Below are positions 8,887 to 17,705 of a DNA stretch of 23,512 nt, piece after piece (position 1 is the first letter of the stretch; each line of letters begins with the position of its first letter). The stretch spans positions 1 to 23,512 of the forward strand of contig JAYTHY010000108.1 in assembly GCA_043732185.1 (NCBI GenBank), written 5' to 3'. The stretch comes from Fibrobacteria bacterium. GTDB lineage: Bacteria; Fibrobacterota; Fibrobacteria; UBA11236. The notes below the pieces were generated by a model, which saw only the letters and a list, made by a program, of their open reading frames with translations, was not told the origin of the DNA and did not search any database. The position numbers were made by a program, and so were the translations under genes.

Positions 8887-9624
8887 ATGATGTCTGATAT
8901 TACCTTTAAGACCACAATTGAGGAAATCATAGAACGGCTTCCCGCTTCGACGCAGGTATTCGATAGAATCGGAGTCGACTATTGTTGCGGTGGCAAAGCC
9001 ACTTTGGAAAGTGCAGCGAAAAATCGTGGCTTAAATCCAAGTGAAGTTTTGCAATGGCTTACCGACCAATCGGGATCCACAGCCCCGCAGGGCAAGAAAG
9101 ATTGGAGTGACGACAGGACTCCGACCGAACTTATCGAGCATATCGAAAAGGTGTATCATGCCAAATTATGGGAGGAGCTGGAGCGCCTGGATGCATTGAC
9201 CACTAAAGTGGCGCGAGTTCACGGCCCAACAGATAGCAGGCTGGTTCAGGTTCGCGATATATTCCTGGATTTGGAACGCGAACTGTCCGACCATATGCGC
9301 AAGGAAGAGCAAGTGTTGTTTCCGCTCATCCGGCAAATCGAGGAATCCCAGGAGCCGGTCACTTCCCATTGCGGTTCGGTTGCCAATCCCATCCGGCAGA
9401 TGGATGCCGAACACGACCAGGCGGACATTGCATTCTTGAAGATCCGAAACTTGACCGACAACTATACGCCGCCCGCCCACGCCTGTTACTCGTACCGGGC
9501 CTTGCTGACGGGATTGGAGCAAATGGAAAGTGACTTACGCGATCATATGCATCAGGAAACCGATGTGCTTTTTCCAAAAATCATTAAGTTGGAGGCCGAT
9601 AAGTTTTCAAAAATAGAAGCCTAA
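8887..9624 (+). CDS. ric: Iron-sulfur cluster repair di-iron protein (Ric/YtfE/ScdA/DnrN family)
   Basis: ScdA_N 'GVDYCCGG' and the di-iron ligand motifs 'VYH', 'HMRKEE', 'MDAEHD' and 'HMHQET' are all present. AAAGGA precedes ATG 8887/8890. Confidence 0.93.
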   Translation: MMSDITFKTTIEEIIERLPASTQVFDRIGVDYCCGGKATLESAAKNRGLNPSEVLQWLTDQSGSTAPQGKKDWSDDRTPTELIEHIEKVYHAKLWEELERLDALTTKVARVHGPTDSRLVQVRDIFLDLERELSDHMRKEEQVLFPLIRQIEESQEPVTSHCGSVANPIRQMDAEHDQADIAFLKIRNLTDNYTPPAHACYSYRALLTGLEQMESDLRDHMHQETDVLFPKIIKLEADKFSKIEA

Positions 9625-12275
9625 CGGGATTCGGATACGAAAACAGGTTGCGTGGTTTTTGCTTCTCCACTTTTCAAAACCACGTAATAAATTCCGCTTT
9701 GGAAACGCGCCCCTAATCCGATGTCAGCGGAAAAGGGTCCCACTCCGGCAGACAGTTTTTTCAAAGCTGCCCTCCGGCCATTCAGTCCCAAAATCTCGCA
9801 GGAAACTTCTTGGATTCGAGGTGATTCAAATCGGACGGCAATTGACTTGCCATCTTTGCCCTGCATCGCTTGAAAGTGTGTCCAAGAAGCTTTTGACTCT
9901 GGATTCATACCGACTACAGGGGCCGCGTATAAGGGGCTTTCCCAAAGTCCTCGTCCAAAAGTAGCCGCCCGTAATTTGCTTGCACCCAAAGTGGGTCCGT
10001 AAAAAATCTCCATTTCATATACCGCGACACTGGGCAGATTATTGAAAAACGGAATCCAGGCATTCAACGTGTTGTCCCGGTAATACACCCCCAAATCCGA
10101 TCCCAAATAGACGCCCCCATTAGTTGATTTCTGAAACAGTATGGTGTTGCTGGGCAAATTGGGTAGGCCTTCCGAATAATTTATCCACGTTGCCCCGGAA
10201 TTAAAGGATCGATACACTTTATCACCGTCCGCATAGCCTGAAAAACAAACCCATAAATTGCCAGCGTGGGCGCTGTCGAGGGTTATATCCACCAGGCTCG
10301 CCCTGTTGACCGGCAGGTTACCGGTAATGTCCGACCAGGACACGCCCCCATCTTCCGATCGGCCAAGATAGTCCTTCTTCACTCCATAAAGAATCCGTGT
10401 GTTGGAAGGGTCGACCAGGATATTGATCAAGCTGTCCGTGCCCGGCATATCCGTCAAGGCTGTCCACGCATCCCCTTTGTCGATGGATTTCCAAAATCGG
10501 GTATTGCCCCAGTACAACACATTCGGGGCCTTGGGATCTTGTAACCATGGCGTATTCCAAGGGCCTTTCTGTCCCGGCGGAGTAATATTCGTCCAGCTTA
10601 GACCGCCATCTTTGGACCGCACAGGCGAACCGTTTTGAGTGGACGCAAACAAAATGCTAGGATTGCTACGATCAAAAAAGCATTCCATGCCATCGCCGCC
10701 AAAGGGATGCGTCCATACACCGTTGATATACAGATTGGTTCCATTATCTTGCATGCCCGTCAGCACCTTTCCAGCGCTTGTAGGTGTCAGTCCAAGTCGG
10801 TAAATCTGCGTCACTGAAATGTCATTGCTGAAATCCACCCAAGTGGTTCCCATATTGTTGCTTTTGTAGATACCGGCATCCAGCGCCATGAAAATGGTGC
10901 TGCCGCTGCCGGGCTGGAAACGCAGGTCCTGGATATCGGTATGCATGCCTCCATGGATATTCAACCAGTTGCGGCCGCCATCGGTAGATTTCCAAACCTG
11001 GACCCCGCCGACCAAAACCAAGTTGGCATCGATTGGAGACGCTGCAACGGCCAAATCATACCAGGCTTGACCATCCGCATCGCTGCCGTCAACGGCATAA
11101 CCCAAAATATTTGGCGCGTTGGATCGTTCACTAAAGGTGATTCCCCCATCCGTAGACGCGAGCAAGCGTAGGAAAGATCGTTCGTTTCCACAAACCGCGT
11201 ACACGATCTGAGGATTAGCGGCCGTTACCGCCAATTCGATTCGGAATGCCGCCGGTGCACTGGAAACTTCTGTAAAGGAGGCCCCTCCATTGTTTGAACG
11301 ATAAATGCGTTTGCCTGCTGCGATAACAACATTGGGATCATTTGCCTTAAAAACCAGATCCATGGAAAGCGCCCTGTCGTGGCGTCCCGTACCATGCGGA
11401 ATGGTGTCTTCTAAAGTCAGCGTCCAGCTTACACCCGCATCCGTACTGCGGTAAACGCCATTGGTGGCGCCTACCAGAAGGATGGATGGATTGCTGGGAT
11501 GAATCAATAAGCTGTGAATGTGCATAACTTGGGACGGCGTCCAGCTCAATCCTGTCGTCGTCCAATTCATGCCTCCATCGATGGACTTGAGCAAGCCGAT
11601 GCTGGGAGTGTCCCAGGCATTGGCATCACCGGTAGCCAAATATTGGATATTGGTATTCACAGGATTGATGGCCAGGTCCGCTACGCCCAAAGTCGCCAGA
11701 TTGTCGGTGGAAGTCGTCCATCCCTTTCCTCCATTCATACTCACCCACAATCCCCCGCTGGGTGAACCCGTGTACACGATAGCAGGATTGGTCGGATCAA
11801 ATCGAATGAAGTTGAGTCGACCTATACCACCTTGATCATTGCGAACTGTGCTAGGTCCAAGCGGCGTCCAGTTGCCGGCCATAAGCGGCCTGGGCTGACC
11901 GTTCAATCCAATGTAGGGAAGCATAGCGGACGCTGTTTGATATGCCAAGGAAAGATCGCCTGTAGGATACACACGCGGCTCACCGGCGGCGGCCCAACGC
12001 TGGAAATGCGTCAGCTCATCGTCTTCGCCCGCAATCTCCCAAGTCGAGGATATTTGTGTGGAGGCTGAGACTTTGGCCATCCGTTTGGTTTTTTCTTGCC
12101 AGTACTTATTGAACTCGCGTTGAATACTATAGAAGTTGGCATGCGTATCCTGCTTCGCACTGAACCATGGACGCATTTGGGGTAATGGAGGGCCTTCGGT
12201 AGCGGCGCTAACACTACCCAAGCAAAAAACAATTCCGTAACGGAATAATACTTTTTGAATTTTCCTAGGTTTCAT
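9621..12275 (-). CDS. Secreted Asp-box (BNR)/VPS10-like beta-propeller protein, GH74-like, with T9SS-type C-terminal domain
   Basis: About 11 S-x-[DN]-x-G-x-x-[WF] Asp-boxes, 'WTPLGP', 'GIGRL', 'G.QDNGT', 'GGDGM' and 'AATFGRGLW'. C-terminal 'EILGLNGR...SGIYYVVL' resembles a Por sorting domain. Start placed at ATG 12275 (MKPRKIQK...); the ORF track start is 12314. Confidence 0.8.
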   Translation of the reverse strand: MKPRKIQKVLFRYGIVFCLGSVSAATEGPPLPQMRPWFSAKQDTHANFYSIQREFNKYWQEKTKRMAKVSASTQISSTWEIAGEDDELTHFQRWAAAGEPRVYPTGDLSLAYQTASAMLPYIGLNGQPRPLMAGNWTPLGPSTVRNDQGGIGRLNFIRFDPTNPAIVYTGSPSGGLWVSMNGGKGWTTSTDNLATLGVADLAINPVNTNIQYLATGDANAWDTPSIGLLKSIDGGMNWTTTGLSWTPSQVMHIHSLLIHPSNPSILLVGATNGVYRSTDAGVSWTLTLEDTIPHGTGRHDRALSMDLVFKANDPNVVIAAGKRIYRSNNGGASFTEVSSAPAAFRIELAVTAANPQIVYAVCGNERSFLRLLASTDGGITFSERSNAPNILGYAVDGSDADGQAWYDLAVAASPIDANLVLVGGVQVWKSTDGGRNWLNIHGGMHTDIQDLRFQPGSGSTIFMALDAGIYKSNNMGTTWVDFSNDISVTQIYRLGLTPTSAGKVLTGMQDNGTNLYINGVWTHPFGGDGMECFFDRSNPSILFASTQNGSPVRSKDGGLSWTNITPPGQKGPWNTPWLQDPKAPNVLYWGNTRFWKSIDKGDAWTALTDMPGTDSLINILVDPSNTRILYGVKKDYLGRSEDGGVSWSDITGNLPVNRASLVDITLDSAHAGNLWVCFSGYADGDKVYRSFNSGATWINYSEGLPNLPSNTILFQKSTNGGVYLGSDLGVYYRDNTLNAWIPFFNNLPSVAVYEMEIFYGPTLGASKLRAATFGRGLWESPLYAAPVVGMNPESKASWTHFQAMQGKDGKSIAVRFESPRIQEVSCEILGLNGRRAALKKLSAGVGPFSADIGLGARFQSGIYYVVLKSGEAKTTQPVFVSESR

Positions 12276-12428
12276 CGATTGCGTTCCAGCTGAACAAAAA
12301 CTAGGAATAATCAACTGTCTAAGTTGCGAATTCGAGCAATTGGTCCGATTCCTTGAAAATCAATGGGAACAGTAATAAAATGGGGGCTTGAAGACTAAAG
12401 CCATGGAACCAGAGTTGGGCTAATCGAA

Positions 12429-13091
12429 ATGCTCCAAGCAACCACCTTAGATCGAATCGTAGCCCGTTACCCGCATGGTTCGGCATTTGAGCGTTGGCAT
12501 ATGCGGGGTCGATTGCAGCTTTGTCCCTATGACGCTCTTTTAAAGCATCTCACCGGTCAGGGAAGTTTGCTGGACATCGGCTGTGGCTTTGGCCATCTTG
12601 CCTGGTACTTGGAAGAGGTTCGTCCGGAACTGCGCTACCTCGGCATCGATATCGATGAAAAGAAAATCAAACTCGCTAATGGTAGTGCCGCAGGTACCCA
12701 GAAAGTTGCATTTTTAGTTGGCACTGCATTGGAAATGCCGACCCTTTCCGGACCCTTTGGGAATATCGTCATCCTGGATGTCTTGTACCTGCTACCTTGG
12801 GAATTACAGATTCGAACTATAGAATGGTGCCTGGGGAAATTGGCGCCAGGACCAGAAAGCGCATTGATAATAAAAACCATGGATGCAGCCAAAGGATGGG
12901 TAGGCTTTCGTACCCTAGCAGAGGAATGGATCATGGTTCATCTTTTACGAAAAACCCTCAGCTCCGGCACAATAAATGGAGCGAAGCCATTCGGTGCCTA
13001 TGCAGATGTGATCCATAGTCTTGGCTGGAAATTTGAAATGGAAAACCTGCCGACTTGGAATCCTTCCTCCATTTTTAGAATCCATAGGTAG
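12429..13091 (+). CDS. Class I SAM-dependent methyltransferase
   Basis: Motif I 'LLDIGCGFG', acidic 'GIDID', 'ILDVLYLL', 'LAPG'. Confidence 0.9.
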   Translation: MLQATTLDRIVARYPHGSAFERWHMRGRLQLCPYDALLKHLTGQGSLLDIGCGFGHLAWYLEEVRPELRYLGIDIDEKKIKLANGSAAGTQKVAFLVGTALEMPTLSGPFGNIVILDVLYLLPWELQIRTIEWCLGKLAPGPESALIIKTMDAAKGWVGFRTLAEEWIMVHLLRKTLSSGTINGAKPFGAYADVIHSLGWKFEMENLPTWNPSSIFRIHR

Positions 13092-13102
13092 GGGTACCAA
13101 CC

Positions 13103-13930
13103 TTGATCCCACACAACCTGATTATCAATGCGGACGATTTCGGAATAGACAGATGCGTGTCCCAAGGTATTGCTCTTTGTGTGGAGAAAGGGTTGATCAA
13201 TTCCTTTTCGGTGCTTCCCTTCACTGACACCTACCACGATACACTTTTGAAATCCTTGATCACAAAATTTCCGCAGATTCGAATTGGCTCTCATCTTTCC
13301 TTGATCCAAACGGAAACCATTTCTCCAGGCGCAAACAAAACCCCCAACTTACCCGAGCACCCCCATCATTACCGGGATTTTTTGAAACTGTATCTGCAAG
13401 GACGATATCCCTCCGAAAAGATTTATACTGAGTGGAAGGCGCAAATCCAATTCCTAGGAAAGTATTTAGGAGGGCCCGAACGACTTTCTCATTTGGATAG
13501 CCATCAACATATTCATGTTCTACCCGGAATATGGCCAGTAGCCGTAGCGCTACAAAAAGAGTTTTCCATTCCACGCCTAAGAGTCCCATACGAATCCTTA
13601 TCTGCTTCCGTCTTTTACAAATTCCCTTTTGGTTTAGGCCTGCAAGCCTTGGCGTTTTACCGGGCGTGGAATAACGGCGGTGTCAAGCAGGCAGGAGATA
13701 GACGTCGGCTAATCGGATTTTTTACCAGCACCCAATTTACCTTGGAAGCCAATCGAAAACGACTTAGTAAAGTGGTAGAGTATCCCGAAATGGATTTTGA
13801 ACTCATGGTGCATCCTGCCCTATCTGCAGAAGCGGATTCATTGCCGTCCAAGCAGTACCAGGAAATTCAAGAACTCGAGCAGCTACTTAAATTTTTTCAT
13901 TCCCATTCTAAAAAGAGATTTCAAACCTAG
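13103..13930 (+). CDS. YdjC/ChbG/HpnK-family carbohydrate deacetylase
   Basis: 'IINADDFG', 'GSHLSL', 'HLDSHQHIH', 'ELMVHP'. Confidence 0.9.
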   Translation: MIPHNLIINADDFGIDRCVSQGIALCVEKGLINSFSVLPFTDTYHDTLLKSLITKFPQIRIGSHLSLIQTETISPGANKTPNLPEHPHHYRDFLKLYLQGRYPSEKIYTEWKAQIQFLGKYLGGPERLSHLDSHQHIHVLPGIWPVAVALQKEFSIPRLRVPYESLSASVFYKFPFGLGLQALAFYRAWNNGGVKQAGDRRRLIGFFTSTQFTLEANRKRLSKVVEYPEMDFELMVHPALSAEADSLPSKQYQEIQELEQLLKFFHSHSKKRFQT

Positions 13931-13931
13931 G

Positions 13932-15308
13932 ATGCTATTTACATCTCTCGAATACTTTTTCTTTTACCTCATTGTATTTGGAATGTATTGGACCGTTTCT
14001 TTGCGATTTCGAAAATCATTACTCTTGTTGTCCAGCCTATGGTTCTATGCCGCTTGGGACTGGCGTTTTCTAGGCTTGCTTGCATTCTCCACTGGAGTGG
14101 ATTTTTTCTGCGGAAAATATTTGGCTCAAGCGACAACGCCGTCTTTCCGTCGAACCCTTATTCTGATCAGCCTGATTTCCAATTTGGGATTGTTAGGATT
14201 TTTCAAGTACTTTGGATTTTTCGCGGATTCCTTCCGCGCCCTTTTTCATATTCATGACTCGACCAGCTTACATGTCCTTTTGCCGATTGGTATCTCCTTT
14301 TTCACTTTTCAAAGCCTCAGTTACACGCTTGACATCTATCGTGGCGTACAAAAACCCGCTTCTGCCTTGGACTTTTTTCTTTACGTTTCATTTTTTCCGC
14401 AATTGGTGGCGGGCCCTATTGTACGAGCCCGTGATTTTCTTCCACAACTCTCTCCGTTGCCTAATTTTTCACCTGCACAACTCACCGATGGCGTTGGTCT
14501 TATTCTACAAGGCCTTTTAAAAAAAATGGTTTTCGCCGACCTCCTGGCCAGATATGCCGACCCTATTTTCGGTAGGCCCAGTTCCTATTCACCTTTGGAA
14601 AATCTTCTGGCGCTGTATGCATTCGCCTTCCAGATTTACTGGGATTTCTCCGGGTACACGGATATCGCGCGTGGTTCAGCACTGGCCCTTGGGTTTCACT
14701 TTCCGCGCAACTTCGCTTTGCCTTATCTGGCCATTTCCCTTCGTGATTTTTGGAGACGATGGCACATGTCACTTTCCAGCTGGCTCCGTGATTACCTCTA
14801 TTTGAGTCTTGGCGGTAACCGGGGTAGCTTGGTCAAAATCTGCAGTAACGTCATTGCTACTATGGTGCTTGGTGGATTGTGGCATGGCGCAAGCTGGAAC
14901 TTTGTTCTTTGGGGACTTTTCCATGGATTAGGATTGGCATCGGAACGCATACTTTCGCTGATGACGTTGGGCAATTTGCTAAAGCGCCTTCCCAAGTCGA
15001 TTCGTATGACCCTTACCTTTCATACTGTATGTTTGGGATGGCTGCTCTTTAGGTGCACCGATTTGTCCAAAGCTTGGGAGATTTTGATACGTATCGCGAC
15101 TATTCCCAGTGCACTGAAAATATCCGGCTTCACTTTGGAAAGGTCAGAAGCTGGGATGGCCTTCATCTCCTTAATCTTCTTTGCACTTTGGCACTGGTTT
15201 TCTGGTTCTGAAGTAAGCAAGATTAAGCCCTACCTAGCCGCCATCGGGTTCGGCTTGGCGTTTCTTTACTCCACGGATTATGCGCCCTTCCTCTACTTTC
15301 AATTCTGA
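13932..15308 (+). CDS. MBOAT-family O-acyltransferase (AlgI/DltB/PatA-like)
   Basis: Typical start 'MLFTSLEY' 1 nt after the upstream stop; 'LGFFKY', 'LPIGISFFTFQSLSY', 'FFPQLVAGPI', 'QIYWDFSGYTD', 'FWRRWHMSLSSWLRDYLY' and catalytic 'GLWHGA.WNF'; ends FLYFQF. Confidence 0.95.
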   Translation: MLFTSLEYFFFYLIVFGMYWTVSLRFRKSLLLLSSLWFYAAWDWRFLGLLAFSTGVDFFCGKYLAQATTPSFRRTLILISLISNLGLLGFFKYFGFFADSFRALFHIHDSTSLHVLLPIGISFFTFQSLSYTLDIYRGVQKPASALDFFLYVSFFPQLVAGPIVRARDFLPQLSPLPNFSPAQLTDGVGLILQGLLKKMVFADLLARYADPIFGRPSSYSPLENLLALYAFAFQIYWDFSGYTDIARGSALALGFHFPRNFALPYLAISLRDFWRRWHMSLSSWLRDYLYLSLGGNRGSLVKICSNVIATMVLGGLWHGASWNFVLWGLFHGLGLASERILSLMTLGNLLKRLPKSIRMTLTFHTVCLGWLLFRCTDLSKAWEILIRIATIPSALKISGFTLERSEAGMAFISLIFFALWHWFSGSEVSKIKPYLAAIGFGLAFLYSTDYAPFLYFQF

Positions 15309-16389
15309 ACCCAGCAAGGATTCCAAGCTGGATACCCGATCCGAAAAGTTCGCATGGTTAAGATTGGCAGCCCTGTTTGGGCTCGTTGCCATTTCCCTCT
15401 TTGCCCTGGACCGATTTGCGCGGCACACTATTAGAACCAGTTTCGCACGGCAGACACTTTCCCGTTACCTCCCCACTCGCATTCCGCACACTGTCTTTTT
15501 AGGCAGCTCGCTTACCGACGCCGGTATCCTGCCACAACTACTGGACTCACTTAACCCATCGATGCAGTATTTCAATCTTGCCTTGGCGGGGTTAAACACA
15601 CCGGTTTATTATCAGCTCCTGGTCAAAAATTTTATTCTTCCACAGGCGCATCCAAAATTTATTGTAGTGGAAGCCAGCGGTTTTCCATTTTCCGTGCCGA
15701 CCGGTAAATTTCATCTCGAGGGCAATGGGGAAAGACTGGATCTTTTAATGTCGGAATTGATGGAATATTCTGATTTTAAAAGTGCCTGCGGCGGATTTCC
15801 CGGGATAATTCCCACCCTACAATTCTTTATGCATAAACATTGGTACGCCTATCATTATCGTCTGGAATTACAAGGCAAAGTCACAGAAAGGCTTTTTAAA
15901 CATTGGCCAAAACCCCCAGCCAACCGGAACAACCCATATAAAATGGTAGAAGGAGCCGCGGAACTTTTTCAAAAAATGGCCAAAAATATTTTGGCTGACA
16001 AGGATTCTTCAAAAGTGAAAAGCGATTTGCACGATCCGCGCTCAGGATTTTTTGGTTTGGCCCAACTTTCCCGCGCGCATCAAGTCCAACTAATTATGCT
16101 CACACCGCCATGTCCGCCTCAAGATCGCGTTTTGGAAAATGAAAGTGTGTATAGAAAATATCGTGTCGAATTTGATCGTATTTGTGACTCTTTGGCGATT
16201 GTCCATATCGACTTGAGCCATGCGCCGAACGGAAATCCGTATACTTTTTCCGATGGTATACATTTGGATGCGCATGGAGCACGAATTTTCACCTTGGCGT
16301 TTGGGTCGTTTTTAAGAAAACAGGCGAATGGGACATGGACATCGACAATCGCCCCCAAGGCGACTTTGGCCCCGAATTCAGGAGAGTGA
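15280..16389 (+). CDS. Membrane-anchored SGNH-fold protein (DltD/AlgJ-like partner of the MBOAT)
   Basis: N-terminal TM helix, block I 'FLGSS', 'FNLALAG' and C-terminal DxxH 'FSDGIHL'. Overlaps the MBOAT 3' end by 29 nt. Confidence 0.8.
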   Translation: MRPSSTFNSEPSKDSKLDTRSEKFAWLRLAALFGLVAISLFALDRFARHTIRTSFARQTLSRYLPTRIPHTVFLGSSLTDAGILPQLLDSLNPSMQYFNLALAGLNTPVYYQLLVKNFILPQAHPKFIVVEASGFPFSVPTGKFHLEGNGERLDLLMSELMEYSDFKSACGGFPGIIPTLQFFMHKHWYAYHYRLELQGKVTERLFKHWPKPPANRNNPYKMVEGAAELFQKMAKNILADKDSSKVKSDLHDPRSGFFGLAQLSRAHQVQLIMLTPPCPPQDRVLENESVYRKYRVEFDRICDSLAIVHIDLSHAPNGNPYTFSDGIHLDAHGARIFTLAFGSFLRKQANGTWTSTIAPKATLAPNSGE

Positions 16390-16582
16390 CGCTTCTTGGA
16401 CATAGACTTCACTTGATTTTTTGAAGTATATAACGAATGAACTGCGTGGGTTTTGGTAAAGGGGTCCTTGAATGCGATTTTTAAAGGATATTTCAAATCA
16501 GCTAATCTGCATATTCAGAAAAAATGCATTAATTGAAGGGAAAAATGGATTTTAATCTATTCCACCCCTAATTTGTTAGTCC

Positions 16583-17686
16583 CTAGCTAGGTAACTTTGG
16601 AGGTACGCCACCGAATATCGCCGCTACTTCAGGAATTGTGGAAGCGGCTGCCCAAGCGGCCATGCCTTCTTTCCAAACCAACGATTCCCGCATCAACTTG
16701 GTTTCCATGGCAAGTTGTTTCAATTGCACCAGATTGAATGGTCCCTGCTGCTGTCCGCCGATGGAGACAAAGAAGTTTTCAGTTGGCAGGGGAGGCGGTC
16801 CGGAAGCAGGTCTCGTGGCTCCACCCATTTGGCCAGCTAGTTGGCCTGCCATTTGGCCTCCAACGGCGAGCCCCAGTCCGGCAGCAGCCAAGGTTCCAGC
16901 TAGGCCTCCGGGTTGACTGATGGCTTCACCGGCTTTATCGGCTACGTTGAATTTCATGTATTGGTCCACATTTCCGATTACGCCCATACTGCTTCGTTTG
17001 TCGATTATGGCTTCCACTTCAGGAGGTAGGGAAATATTTTCCAGTACAAACTGCCTTACCTTTAGACCAAATAATCCGAATTTCTCCAGCAAGGCAGTTT
17101 CCACCAAAGCGCCTAGTTCATAGTACTTGGCAGCCAAATCGAAAGCGGAGATTTTCGCTTCACCTAGAGTATCGGAGAAGGCGCTTACGATCAATGCCTT
17201 GATTTGCGTTTCCATATCTTGGGTTTGGACTTGGGCCAAAGTACCGACGGATGCCTTGAAGAATTTTCCAGCATCCTCGACAGCATAGGCGAAAGCACCA
17301 AAGGCGCGTAGGCGAACTACACCGAGCTCTTGATCACGCATCATGATGGGATTCGGCGTGCCCCATTTCCGGTTGGAGATGGTAATAGTATTGATGAAAT
17401 AGACTTCGGCTTTGAAGGGAGAATTGAAACCGTATTTCCAGCCGCGCAGATCGGATAGGATGGGTAGATTTTGAGTGGATAGCGTATGGGTGCCGGGTTT
17501 AAATACATCGGCGAGGCTGCCCTCATTAATAAATATGGCGGCTTGCCCTTCGCGGACTACAAGCTTGGCGCCCATTTTGATTTCATTATTCCGTCTTTCG
17601 AATCGAATGGCTAGAATTTCTGGTTCGTTGCTTGTCCATTCAATGATGTCAATTAACTGACCCTTGATACTGTCTAATAATCCCAT
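16583..17686 (-). CDS. SPFH/Band-7 protein (YdjI-like) with C-terminal GYF_2 (DUF4339) domain
   Basis: 'LIDIIEW', 'KLVVREGQAAIF', 'TQNLPILS.L.GWKYGFNSPFKAEVYF', 'KWGTPNPI', 'LRAFG', 'ENISLPPEV'; tail 'QQGPF...LVWKEGMAAW'. AGGAG RBS. Confidence 0.9.
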   Translation of the reverse strand: MGLLDSIKGQLIDIIEWTSNEPEILAIRFERRNNEIKMGAKLVVREGQAAIFINEGSLADVFKPGTHTLSTQNLPILSDLRGWKYGFNSPFKAEVYFINTITISNRKWGTPNPIMMRDQELGVVRLRAFGAFAYAVEDAGKFFKASVGTLAQVQTQDMETQIKALIVSAFSDTLGEAKISAFDLAAKYYELGALVETALLEKFGLFGLKVRQFVLENISLPPEVEAIIDKRSSMGVIGNVDQYMKFNVADKAGEAISQPGGLAGTLAAAGLGLAVGGQMAGQLAGQMGGATRPASGPPPLPTENFFVSIGGQQQGPFNLVQLKQLAMETKLMRESLVWKEGMAAWAAASTIPEVAAIFGGVPPKLPS

Positions 17687-17705
17687 GTTTCGTCTCCTGT
17701 TTAGA

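Noticed and set aside
13797..13931. N-terminal extension of the MBOAT ORF in the track
   Set aside because: Overlaps the deacetylase; the family-typical start MLFTS is at 13932.
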